Part shown: positions 55,458 to 64,000 of the stretch, piece after piece
How the letters are laid out: every line of letters begins with the position of its first letter
How positions within the stretch are numbered: position 1 is the stretch's first letter
NCBI GenBank assembly: GCA_036679605.1
Contig: JAZDCZ010000327.1
Location: 29,094 to 93,093 of the forward strand
DNA length: 64,000 nucleotides
Direction: 5' to 3'
Source: Gemmatimonadota bacterium
GTDB lineage: Bacteria > Gemmatimonadota > Gemmatimonadetes > Gemmatimonadales > GWC2-71-9
The notes under the pieces: generated by a model
Databases searched by the model: none
Told to the model about the DNA's origin: nothing
The model's input: only the letters and a program-made list of their open reading frames with translations
Position numbers and translations under genes: made by a program

Positions 55458-56153
55458 TCAATCCCCATCCGCCACATCAAAACCCTTCCTCCGCCGCCGC
55501 GCAGCAGCCCCAACTCCAAGTAGCCCCGTGCCCAACAACGCCATCGTGAACGGCTCAGGAACAACGGAGGTGGCAAAGTCGGAACATTCGCTTCCAATCC
55601 CATCCGAACCACAGCTCAACCCTCTCATATGGGCTGTCCATTGGCCAATGCTAGGATCCAAATTTGTCCAATCAGCGGGACTGCTGAACGCAATTGTGAT
55701 GCGCCCAAACTGTCCCGTCCTAATCCGGAATTCGGCACCACCGGCATCCTGAGTCCGAGTATCCCAGTCGACTTGGAAGCCACCTTGCCCCCCAACGTTG
55801 GTTTTGACTCCCCAGTCCTCTTCACCGACAAAATCATCGAAGGAGGTACCGTCTCCGTTAAAATACTCAGTATGCGCAGAAGTTACTGTAAAGGTCGCAT
55901 CCGGCGGCAGAAACGTGAACAACAGGGCACCAATGAAGGAATTCGGTTGCTCAATTGGGTCTGATGTATTGGCCATCACGATCGTGAGCGTCTTGTTGGC
56001 CAAGTTCCATTCCATAGAAAGCATGCTGGCACAGGCCGTGAGGAACGTGTCTCCGCATCCCTCGGTTATGAACGGCGCTCCACCCAACTGCGCCTGCAAG
56101 CTTACGGGAGCCATTAGACCAGCCACTAGAACCCCAGTTCGTACGGTCTTCAT
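55458..56153 (-). CDS. PEP-CTERM sorting domain protein
   Basis: Signal peptide (...SLQA-Q); C-terminal VVPEPFTMALLGTGLLGVGAAARRRRK; start uncertain (up to 56225). Confidence 0.92.
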   Translation of the reverse strand: MKTVRTGVLVAGLMAPVSLQAQLGGAPFITEGCGDTFLTACASMLSMEWNLANKTLTIVMANTSDPIEQPNSFIGALLFTFLPPDATFTVTSAHTEYFNGDGTSFDDFVGEEDWGVKTNVGGQGGFQVDWDTRTQDAGGAEFRIRTGQFGRITIAFSSPADWTNLDPSIGQWTAHMRGLSCGSDGIGSECSDFATSVVPEPFTMALLGTGLLGVGAAARRRRKGFDVADGD

Positions 56154-56203
56154 ATAATCCCGCTTCAAGAAGCTCATCCGTTTGTCTCCTGTCACAACTC
56201 GTT

Positions 56204-56713
56204 TCATCGTTTTCCGAACCTCCAACTCACCACAGCAGCAGAGGCCAGAATCCCGGTATACACCACCATCTCAACGCCGTTCTTCAAAATCGCTCGTTTT
56301 AATGCTGACATGCCTTCAGGCGGTGTCACCTGCCAGACCTCCACACCACTCAGTATGTACAGACCCGCCAACACAACCATCACCAGAACCCCAAACGCAT
56401 ACCCGGCAGCTACCCCTTTTACCACTCCAGTCCGCAGACCACCAGCCAAGTAACCTACTGCCAAGGGAGCCATCAAGGCCCCCAGTGTAATCATCGGCAT
56501 GTTCGTGAACGTTCGGCTCACAGCTGCGAACTCCCAACCAGCCGTCCCAAACCGAAACGGAGTCCAGAGGATCGCCAAGTCAATCACGCCGACCATGAAC
56601 AATCCAGTTCCGAACACGGCCGCGAGCTTCGCCGCGACCCGACCCAGCTCATGCCCGGCCGGCCGACGCCGCTCACTCGCCCCCTCCCGCACCAACACCT
56701 TGCGTTCCGGCAT
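56204..56713 (-). CDS. Hypothetical 4-TM membrane protein
   Basis: Four hydrophobic segments, PFRFG...WEF motif; co-oriented upstream of the PEP-CTERM gene. Confidence 0.65.
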   Translation of the reverse strand: MPERKVLVREGASERRRPAGHELGRVAAKLAAVFGTGLFMVGVIDLAILWTPFRFGTAGWEFAAVSRTFTNMPMITLGALMAPLAVGYLAGGLRTGVVKGVAAGYAFGVLVMVVLAGLYILSGVEVWQVTPPEGMSALKRAILKNGVEMVVYTGILASAAVVSWRFGKR

Positions 56714-56805
56714 TATCCAGCCACCACGCAGTTCCGCCCACTAGGCACTCTTAGCATGATCCAGACCCAACTTGGCACACCCGACCCATACATTAACTCC
56801 TTTAT

Positions 56806-56818
56806 TATCAATAGATTA
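56806..56818. promoter_or_regulatory. IHF-consensus site
   Basis: TATCAATAGATTA matches WATCAANNNNTTR and sits in an AT-rich intergenic patch. Confidence 0.45.
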
Positions 56819-57007
56819 CACCGTTGCGCCGGTGTCACACCTCTGGTGATCTGTAAGCCAATCACGACAACTGTTGTCGCACTCCAGCACAGCCACTGTA
56901 ACGCCCTGGCACACCCCCCGCCCCCATGAGAGCCATTTCTGTGCCACGGATGGCCTGCTCGCCCCAGGGGAACCCCAACATCGACATGTGAAAGGTGAAA
57001 CTGGCCC

Positions 57008-57140
57008 GGCTTAGCGCAGCATGCCGGTGTGTCCCGCAGCGCGCGTTTGTGAGCGGTGGGAGCTAGTGGGGATTTCGACCCTGCTCGCGAACTGCAGCGC
57101 GCGGAGGGACAGTGCCGGCATGCAGAGCAACGGGAACTCC
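57008..57140 (+). repeat. ~130-bp palindromic dispersed element, copy 3
   Basis: GGCTTAGCGCAGCATGCCGGTGTGTCCC...GGGACAGTGCCGGCATGCAGAGCAACGGG, flanked by GTGAAA / TTTCAC tracts. Confidence 0.8.
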
Positions 57141-57231
57141 ATCTTTTTCACATTTCACTGGCCTTTCCCACTCCCTACTCCCCACTCCCCTCTTTCCCTT
57201 TTGAAGTTTCCCACCCATCTTCGCCCCCGCC

Positions 57232-58650
57232 ATGCTCTTCAACTCCCTCACCTTCCTCGCCTTCTTCGCCCTCGTCCTAGGCGTCTACCGCCTGCCCCTA
57301 CCCTGGCGCATGAAGAAGCTCCACCTGCTGATCGCGAGCTACCTGTTCTATGCCGCGTGGAACCCGCCTTTCGTCTTTCTGATTTGGCTTTCCACGATCG
57401 TGGATTGGTACGTCGCCAAGCGGCTCCCGACCGCGACCTCCGAGGTCCAGAGAAAGGCGCTGCTGTGGACCAGCATCGGCACCAACCTGGGGCTCCTCGG
57501 GTTCTTCAAGTACGGCAACTTCCTGCTCGACAACTTCGTCTCACTCGCCGCCACGGTCGGTATCGATTACAGTCCACCGCCGTTCGACATCATCCTGCCG
57601 GTCGGGATCTCGTTCTACACGTTTCAGACGCTGTCATACACCATCGATGTGTACCGCCGCCAACTGGAGCCGTCCAAGTCGTTCTTGGATTTCGCGCTGT
57701 TTGTGACGTTCTTCCCGCAACTGGTTGCAGGGCCGATCGTGCGCGCCGCTCACTTCCTACCGCAGTGTCTTAGCCCTAGGAAAGTGAGTGCACAACAGCT
57801 GGGCTGGGGACTGACGCTCCTTACAATCGGACTGTTCGAGAAGGTGGTCCTGGCCGACCGCTGGATGGCGCCGGTCGCTGACCAGGTTTACGCCGGCGCG
57901 CTCCAAGCAGGAGCAATCACTGCATGGGTCGGTACGCTGGCGTTTTCAGCCCAGATCTTCTTCGACTTCGCCGGCTACTCCACCTGTGCGATCGGAGTGG
58001 CGCTGTGCATGGGCTTCGCGATTCCCGACAACTTCCGCTTCCCCTATGCAGCGATCGGATTCTCCGATTTCTGGCGGCGCTGGCACATCTCGCTCTCCGG
58101 CTGGCTGCGGGATTACCTCTACATACCCTTGGGCGGCAACAAGAAGGGCCAGGCAAGAACTCGCTTGAACTTGATGGCAACCATGCTGTTGGGAGGACTG
58201 TGGCACGGCGCCGCCTGGAAATTCGTGATGTGGGGTGGACTGCACGGCCTGTATCTCGCCGTCGAGCGTCCGCTCAAGCAACGATTTGGAAACCTCGCAT
58301 GGGTGAACGCTCGCGCGGGCCAAATTGCACTTGCGCTCGTGACATACGTGCTCGTCTTAATCGCGTGGGTGTTCTTCCGCGCCGGCGACTTCTCGAGTGC
58401 GACCGCGCTCCTTCAAGCGATGTTCTTGGGTGGACCAAACCAGGTGCTGCTGAGTGGATTTGCCACAACTCGCGTAATAGCGATAACCGTCGTTCTTCTT
58501 ACCTCCCACTGGCTGCTACGAGACAGCAGCCTCGAGGAGTTGGCCGCGCGCGTTCCTCCATGGACACGGATGCTCGCGTTGGGGGTGATGCTGATATTGT
58601 TGGTGTTGGTTCCAGGAGACAATCGTGCGTTCATCTATTTCCAGTTCTAA
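57232..58650 (+). CDS. MBOAT family O-acyltransferase (AlgI/DltB-like)
   Basis: MLFNS, LPVGISFYTFQ, FFPQLVAGPI, QIFFDFAGYS, FWRRWHISLS, GLWHGA, FIYFQF. Confidence 0.95.
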   Translation: MLFNSLTFLAFFALVLGVYRLPLPWRMKKLHLLIASYLFYAAWNPPFVFLIWLSTIVDWYVAKRLPTATSEVQRKALLWTSIGTNLGLLGFFKYGNFLLDNFVSLAATVGIDYSPPPFDIILPVGISFYTFQTLSYTIDVYRRQLEPSKSFLDFALFVTFFPQLVAGPIVRAAHFLPQCLSPRKVSAQQLGWGLTLLTIGLFEKVVLADRWMAPVADQVYAGALQAGAITAWVGTLAFSAQIFFDFAGYSTCAIGVALCMGFAIPDNFRFPYAAIGFSDFWRRWHISLSGWLRDYLYIPLGGNKKGQARTRLNLMATMLLGGLWHGAAWKFVMWGGLHGLYLAVERPLKQRFGNLAWVNARAGQIALALVTYVLVLIAWVFFRAGDFSSATALLQAMFLGGPNQVLLSGFATTRVIAITVVLLTSHWLLRDSSLEELAARVPPWTRMLALGVMLILLVLVPGDNRAFIYFQF

Positions 58651-59674
58651 CCAACGTCTCCCCGACATCGCCTGGGGGCGAGTGTGGCTCGGCGCGCTGG
58701 CTGTCGCGGTCGTGTGCCTGGGTGGTTGGGAATGGACCCTGAGATCCGCCGGCTTCGTTCCGTCCGTCGAGGACGACCTCCAGGCCTGGGCCGTGAACCG
58801 CGATCGGTTGGACCACAACGGCACCGTGCTGTTGGGTTCGTCGCGAGCCATGGCCGACATCGACCCCCGGGAATGGGCGCGCGCTGTCGGAGGCCGTCCC
58901 CCCCGTCCCCCGATCCAGCTCGCGATCACCTCGGGCTCCGTACTCCCCATGTTGGAGCATTTTGCAGAGGATCGCTCGTTCACGGGCGTAGTGGTGGTGG
59001 ACTTTGTGCCGCGCATCGAATTCGACGCCCGCGGCCTTGGCAGCCGCGCAGAAGGATATCTCTTGTCGTACGATCTATACCGAACCAAGCCGTCAGAATA
59101 CACCGAGGCCAACCTGCGACACTTGATGCCCGTGGTGGCGTGGCGCAGCCCCGCCGTAGCGCCTGAGAAAATGATCGAGCATGTGGTGGGATGGTTGAGA
59201 AATGAAGGCGGCCACGCCGACCCGCTTCCCGAAGCACCGTATTCCCACCTGCGAAAGGATCGCTTCCGCCCGCAGGACTTCTCCAAGACCGACGCCGACG
59301 CGCGCCTACAGCGACAGTACGAGTTCATCTCGACCCAGGGCCGCCCCACCAGCCAGGCCGAGACCACTGAGATATTCCGGCGCGTCCAGACCGCCGTAAC
59401 CGCGATACACGCCCGCGGCGGCCGGGTGGTATTCGCGCTCCTCCCCAGATGCGGCGCAATAAGGCAAGTGGAGGAGGAGCGTTATCCCAAGAGCGTGTAC
59501 TGGGACAGGCTGGTAGCCAACACATCGGCCCAGACCATCGACACCGACAGCATCCCCGCCGTGGGCCAACTCACCTGCCCCGACGGATCACACTTGGACA
59601 AGCACGACGCCGAGGTGTTTACGCGGATTTTGGCATTGGCTGTGGATTCGGCGGTGTCGGCGGAGCGGCACTAG
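58625..59674 (+). CDS. SGNH-like periplasmic partner of the MBOAT (DltD/AlgJ-like)
   Basis: MRSSISSSN overlap with FIYFQF, TM anchor, LLGSSR, DGSHL. Confidence 0.75.
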   Translation: MRSSISSSNQRLPDIAWGRVWLGALAVAVVCLGGWEWTLRSAGFVPSVEDDLQAWAVNRDRLDHNGTVLLGSSRAMADIDPREWARAVGGRPPRPPIQLAITSGSVLPMLEHFAEDRSFTGVVVVDFVPRIEFDARGLGSRAEGYLLSYDLYRTKPSEYTEANLRHLMPVVAWRSPAVAPEKMIEHVVGWLRNEGGHADPLPEAPYSHLRKDRFRPQDFSKTDADARLQRQYEFISTQGRPTSQAETTEIFRRVQTAVTAIHARGGRVVFALLPRCGAIRQVEEERYPKSVYWDRLVANTSAQTIDTDSIPAVGQLTCPDGSHLDKHDAEVFTRILALAVDSAVSAERH

Positions 59675-59721
59675 GCCCCCGAAGCTGGCTGCCGCCGGCT
59701 GAAATGTGAAATGTGAAAGGG

Positions 59722-59857
59722 GCCGGCTCAGCGCAGCGTGCCGGTGTGTCCCGGAGCGCGCGTTGGTTCGCGGCCGAGAGCACTTAGGATGTCCGCCTTG
59801 CTCGCGAACCACAGCGAGCGGAGGGACAGTGCCGAGCATGCGGAGCGAAGGGAGCCG
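59722..59857 (+). repeat. ~130-bp palindromic dispersed element, copy 4
   Basis: GCCGGCTCAGCGCAGCGTGCCGGTGTGTCCC...GGGACAGTGCCGAGCATGCGGAGCGAAGGGAGCCGG. Confidence 0.8.
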
Positions 59858-59980
59858 GAGCCCGCCCAGTTCTACCGCCTCCGTTTCTACCCCCCAACGC
59901 TTGACGAACTATATACTGCAATATAGACTTTACCTTAATGGCATATAAAGGCATATATATTTTAGTTTAAGGATGTAGAG

Positions 59981-60334
59981 ATGAGCAGAAAGAGGCAAGT
60001 CATGCCAACCCCGGTCCGTCGAGCGGTTCGAAAGCTCGGAGCAGACATCAGGGATGCGAGAAGGCGTCGACGCCTGCCAATGTCGGTTGTTGCTGAACGG
60101 GCTCAGATCAGCCGTCCGACACTACATAGAATCGAACGAGGGGATCCGGGCGTTTCGTTTGGCGGTTACGCCACAGTGCTGTTTGTGCTCGGCCTTGGAG
60201 ACTGGCCCGCTCTAATCGCAGACGCGTCAATCGACCAAATAGGACTCGCGCTGGAAGCAGAGAGACTCCCCAAGCGGATTCGCATGACTCGTTCGGAAGC
60301 AGCTGGTGTTTCACGCAGCTTTGGCGGCGAATGA
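59981..60334 (+). CDS. XRE-family HTH protein, HipB-like antitoxin
   Basis: LGADIRDARRRRR...VAERAQISRPTLHRIERGDPGVS...LPKRIR; adjacent to a hipA fragment. Confidence 0.85.
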   Translation: MSRKRQVMPTPVRRAVRKLGADIRDARRRRRLPMSVVAERAQISRPTLHRIERGDPGVSFGGYATVLFVLGLGDWPALIADASIDQIGLALEAERLPKRIRMTRSEAAGVSRSFGGE

Positions 60335-60702
60335 TCTTTAACATTTTGGTTTCCAATACCGACGATCATCTTCGGAATCACGGATTTCTCTACCAAGGTC
60401 CCCACGGCTGGCGGTTATCACCGGCCTACGACATGAATCCGACGCCCACCTACATAAGACCACGCATCTTGTCTACTGCGATCAACCTGGACGGCGATCA
60501 AGATGCATCGATTGAATCCGCCCGCGAGGTTGCCGACTACTTCGGACTAACTCCATCAGATGCCATAGAAGTTGAGCGAGAGGTGGGCACCGCCGTGGCA
60601 AGCTGGCGATCGGTTGCTGCAGAGTTCGGAATTGTCGGAGACGATCTGGATCGTATGAGTTCTGCCTTCGAACATGAGGACTTGAAGATGGTGACCCGCT
60701 GA
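60316..60702 (+). pseudogene. hipA: HipA-family toxin, C-terminal fragment only
   Basis: QLWRRMIFNILVSNTDDHLRNHGF...WRLSPAYDMNP; the N-terminal two thirds expected for this family are absent. Confidence 0.8.
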
Positions 60703-60751
60703 GAGAATGAGCGGAGCGACGAGTGGCCCATCCTTTTCACATTTCACTGGC

Positions 60752-60828
60752 TTTTCCCTTTTCCCTTTCCCCTTTCCCCTTTCCCGCTTCCCGCTTCCCG
60801 CTTCCCGTTTCCCGTTTCCCGTTTCCCG
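60752..60828. repeat. Heptamer tandem repeat (TTCCCGY-like, ~11 units)
   Basis: ttccctt/ttcccct/ttcccgc/ttcccgt units between convergent genes. Confidence 0.9.
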
Positions 60829-60842
60829 AATCTGCCGCATAC

Positions 60843-63800
60843 CTACCGCTCGAAACGCCATAGGTCGTTGAGCCGGCCCGCAAGCCCGGCAACGTCGAAG
60901 CCTAAACCACCAAAGAGCCAGAGGTTGCCGGCGGGGTCGATCCACGAAACAGCACCGGTCCGTGCACCCGGAACGTTCGAGGGGCTGGCGGTGTCCTGGG
61001 TGCCGTAGACGCCCAACTGATCGCGGCTCGAGTTCCCCGAGACCCAGGTCCAGTTGATCCCGTCGAACCGCCACAGGTCGTTGAGGTCACCGACAATCCC
61101 CCCAGCGTCAGAGCCGACACCACCAAAGAGCCAGAGGTTGCCGGCGGCGTCGATCCACGAAACAGAACCGTCCCGCGCACCCGGAACGTTCGAGGAGCCG
61201 GCGGTGCCCTGGGTGCCGTAGACGCCCAGCTGATCTCCGATCGAGTTCCCCGAGACCCAGGTCCAGTTGATCCCGTCAAACCGCCACAAGTCGTTGAGTC
61301 GGGCGCTCCCGTCGTCACCACCAAAGAGCCAGAGGTTGCCGGCGGCGTCGATCCACGACACGGAACTCTGCCGTGCGCCCGGATGGTTCGAGGGGCTGGC
61401 GGTGCCCCGGGTGCCGTAGACGCCCGACTGGGAACGGCTCGAGCTGCCCGAGACCCAGGTCCAGTTGGTCCCGTCAAAACGCCACAGGTCGTTGAGCCGG
61501 CCCGCAAGCCCGGCAACGTCGAACCCATCGCCACCAAAGAGCCAGAGGTTGCCGGCGGCGTCGATCCACGAAACAGGACTCTGCCGTGCACCCGGCACAT
61601 TCGAGGAGCTGGTGACACCCAGCGTGCCGTAGACGCCCGACTGATCGGCGCTCGAGCTCCCCGAGACCCAGGTCCAGTTGGCCCCGTCGAAACGCCACAG
61701 GTCGTTGATCCGGCCCGAAATCCCCGAGGTCAAGGCGAAACCACCAAAGAACCAGAGGTTGCCGGTGGCATCGATCCACGAAACAGAACTCTGCCGTGCG
61801 CCCGGATGGTTCGAGGAGCTGGCGGTGCCCTTGGTGCCGTAGACGCCCGATTGATTGGCAGTCGAGCCCCCGGAGACCCAGGTCCAGTTGGTCCCGTCGA
61901 AACGCCACAGGTCGTTGAGGTCACTTTGAGTCCCCACAGCGTCAAAGCCGAAACCACCAAAGAGCCAGCGGTCGCCGGCGGCGTCGATCCACGACACAGC
62001 ACTCTGCCGCGCGCCTGGAAAGTTCGAGGGGCTGGCTGTGCCCTGGGTGCCGTAGACGCCCGACTGATCGATACTCATGCTGCCGGAGACCCAGGTCCAC
62101 GCGGCTCCGTAGACAAACCCACCCGTCAACGTCGCGTTACCACCCGGATGCTGCACCACCACATCAACCTGGCCCTCCGTCCTCGCCGTCGTCGTCACGT
62201 TAATTGTCGTCGCATTCACCACATTGAACGCCGTGCCCGCCGCGCCACCAAACGTCACCCCCGTCGCATCCGTGAAGCCCGTCCCCGTAATCACCACCGC
62301 CGTCCCACCAGCCTCAGGTCCAATTGTCGGAACCACACTGGTGATGGTCGGTGTGTAGGCAAATCCGTTGGTGAGCGTCGCACTGCCACCCGGATGCTGC
62401 ACCGCCACATCCACCTGGCCCACACCCGCCGGCGTCGTCACGTTGATCGTCGTCGCATTCACTACACTGAACGCCGTGCCCACGGCGCCCCCAAACGTCA
62501 CTCCCGTTGCACCCGTTAAGCCTGTCCCCGTAATCACCACCGCCGTACCACCAGCCTGCGGCCCCGTCGTCACGTTGAGACTCGCAATCGTCGGCGTGTA
62601 GACAAACCCACCCGTCAGCGTGACGTTACCACCTGGATGCTGCACCACCACGTCCACCTGGCCCGCACCCGCCGGCGTCGTCACGTTGATCGTCGTCACA
62701 TTCACCACACTGAACGCCGTGCCCGCTGCACCCCCAAACGTCACCCCCGTCGCATCCGTTAACCCAGTCCCGGTAATGACCACCGCCGTACCACCAGCCG
62801 CCGGACCGGTCGTCACGTTGAGACTCGTAAGCGTCGGTGCGTAGGCAAACCCACCTGTCAACGTGGCGTTGCCACCCGGATGCTGCACCACGACATCCAC
62901 TTGGCCCACACCAGCCGGCGTCGTCACGTTGATCGTCGTCACATTCACCACACTGAACGCCGTGCCCGCTGCACCCCCAAACGTCACCCCCGTCGCACCC
63001 GTTAACCCCGTCCCCGTAATCACCACCGCCGTACCACCAGCCTGTGACCCCGTCGTCACGTTGAGACTCGTAATCGTCGCGGTGTAGGCAAACCCGTTCG
63101 TCAACGTGACGTTACCACCCGGATGCTGCACCACTACATCCACCTGGCCCGCACCCGCCGGCGTCGTCACGTTGATCGTCGTCGCATTCACCACGCTGAA
63201 CGCCGCGCCCGCAGCGCCACCAAACGTCACTCCCGTCACATCCGTGAAACCCGTCCCCGTAATGACTACTGCCGTACCACCAGCAGCCGGGCCCGTCGTG
63301 ATATTGAGACTCGCAATCGTCGGCGTGTAGGCAAACCCGTTAGTGAGCGTCACATTCCCACCCGGATGCTGCACCACGACATCCACCTGGCCCGCACCCG
63401 CCGGCGTCGTCACGTTGATCGTCGTCGCATTCACCACACTGAAAGCCGTGCCCGCCGCTCCACCAAAGGTCACTCCCGTCACATCCGTGAAACCCGTCCC
63501 CGTAATGACCACCGCCGTACCACCAGCAGCCGGGCCCGTCGTGATATTGAGACTCGTAAGCGTCGGCGCGTAGGCAAACCCGTTCGTGAGTATCACATTC
63601 CCACCCGGATGCTGCACCACAACATCCACTTGGCCCGTACCAGCCGGCGTCGTCACGTTGATCGTCGTCGCATTCACCACACTGAATGCCGTGCCCGTCG
63701 CTCCCCCAAACGTCACCCCCATCGCACCCGTGAAGCCCGTTCCCGTAATGACCACCGCAGTACCACCAGCCTCAGGTCCAATCGTCGGAGCCACGCTGGT

Positions 63801-64000
63801 GACGGTCGGCGTGTACGCAAATCCGTTGGTGAGTGTCGCGCTACCACCCGGATGCTGCACCACCACGTCCACCTGGCCCACGCCCGCCGGTGTCGTCACG
63901 TTGATCGTCGTCGCATTCACCACACTGGACGCCGTGCCGAGCACTCCTCCAAACGTCACTCCCGTCGCACCCGTGAAACCGGTCCCCGTGATTACCACCG
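60843..64000 (-). CDS. Large surface protein: at least 8 IPT/TIG repeats plus 6 Kelch/galactose-oxidase-like blades; 5' end outside the window
   Basis: 81-aa repeats (GP.AGGTAVVITGTG...INVTTPAG...FAY); six WTWVSG...PGAR...WID..GNLWLFGG...LNDLWRF units. Confidence 0.9.
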   Translation of the reverse strand, partial: VVITGTGFTGATGVTFGGVLGTASSVVNATTINVTTPAGVGQVDVVVQHPGGSATLTNGFAYTPTVTSVAPTIGPEAGGTAVVITGTGFTGAMGVTFGGATGTAFSVVNATTINVTTPAGTGQVDVVVQHPGGNVILTNGFAYAPTLTSLNITTGPAAGGTAVVITGTGFTDVTGVTFGGAAGTAFSVVNATTINVTTPAGAGQVDVVVQHPGGNVTLTNGFAYTPTIASLNITTGPAAGGTAVVITGTGFTDVTGVTFGGAAGAAFSVVNATTINVTTPAGAGQVDVVVQHPGGNVTLTNGFAYTATITSLNVTTGSQAGGTAVVITGTGLTGATGVTFGGAAGTAFSVVNVTTINVTTPAGVGQVDVVVQHPGGNATLTGGFAYAPTLTSLNVTTGPAAGGTAVVITGTGLTDATGVTFGGAAGTAFSVVNVTTINVTTPAGAGQVDVVVQHPGGNVTLTGGFVYTPTIASLNVTTGPQAGGTAVVITGTGLTGATGVTFGGAVGTAFSVVNATTINVTTPAGVGQVDVAVQHPGGSATLTNGFAYTPTITSVVPTIGPEAGGTAVVITGTGFTDATGVTFGGAAGTAFNVVNATTINVTTTARTEGQVDVVVQHPGGNATLTGGFVYGAAWTWVSGSMSIDQSGVYGTQGTASPSNFPGARQSAVSWIDAAGDRWLFGGFGFDAVGTQSDLNDLWRFDGTNWTWVSGGSTANQSGVYGTKGTASSSNHPGARQSSVSWIDATGNLWFFGGFALTSGISGRINDLWRFDGANWTWVSGSSSADQSGVYGTLGVTSSSNVPGARQSPVSWIDAAGNLWLFGGDGFDVAGLAGRLNDLWRFDGTNWTWVSGSSSRSQSGVYGTRGTASPSNHPGARQSSVSWIDAAGNLWLFGGDDGSARLNDLWRFDGINWTWVSGNSIGDQLGVYGTQGTAGSSNVPGARDGSVSWIDAAGNLWLFGGVGSDAGGIVGDLNDLWRFDGINWTWVSGNSSRDQLGVYGTQDTASPSNVPGARTGAVSWIDPAGNLWLFGGLGFDVAGLAGRLNDLWRFER

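Noticed and set aside
56907..56948. Additional TGGCAC sigma54-like sites on both strands
   Set aside because: The -12 elements lack TTGC and the sites are far from starts, so too ambiguous to call
32821..59857. Integron attC sites for the 130-bp elements
   Set aside because: No RYYYAAC/GTTRRRY ends seen, they bracket multi-gene operons, and no integrase is present

Overview
Bacterial, fairly GC-rich window, probably Gemmatimonadota (inferred from the PEP-CTERM tail style, the SxtJ N-terminus and the intergenic heptamer tracts). Most of it is a large cell-surface/exopolysaccharide locus of the PEP-CTERM/exosortase-A-associated type. It encodes many glycosyltransferases, Wzm/Wzt, an O-antigen ligase-like protein, three deacetylase-domain proteins, a carbamoyltransferase with SxtJ and DUF5989 partners, FemAB-like, DegT-like and VanZ proteins, a TonB-dependent receptor with a lipoprotein, and an MBOAT/SGNH pair. 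Embedded in it is a hybrid PKS/NRPS block: type I PKS, two alpha/beta hydrolases, a formyltransferase-C-A(LLM) NRPS, a PPTase, a sugar dehydrogenase, an acetyltransferase-carrier fusion and a radical SAM protein. The most striking observation is that the NRPS adenylation domain is cut between motifs A5 and A6 and its C-terminal part lies on the opposite strand; flipping 46304-47242 restores one in-frame gene. Other notable signals: four copies of a ~130-bp hairpin element that bracket operons (one appears to contain a truncated hipBA), a separate short REP-like family, a ~25 x 21-bp phased array before an FN3 gene, and recurring sigma54-like promoters with a TGTTGC-N6-GCAACA palindrome. All calls come from reading motifs by eye; no database searches were run.
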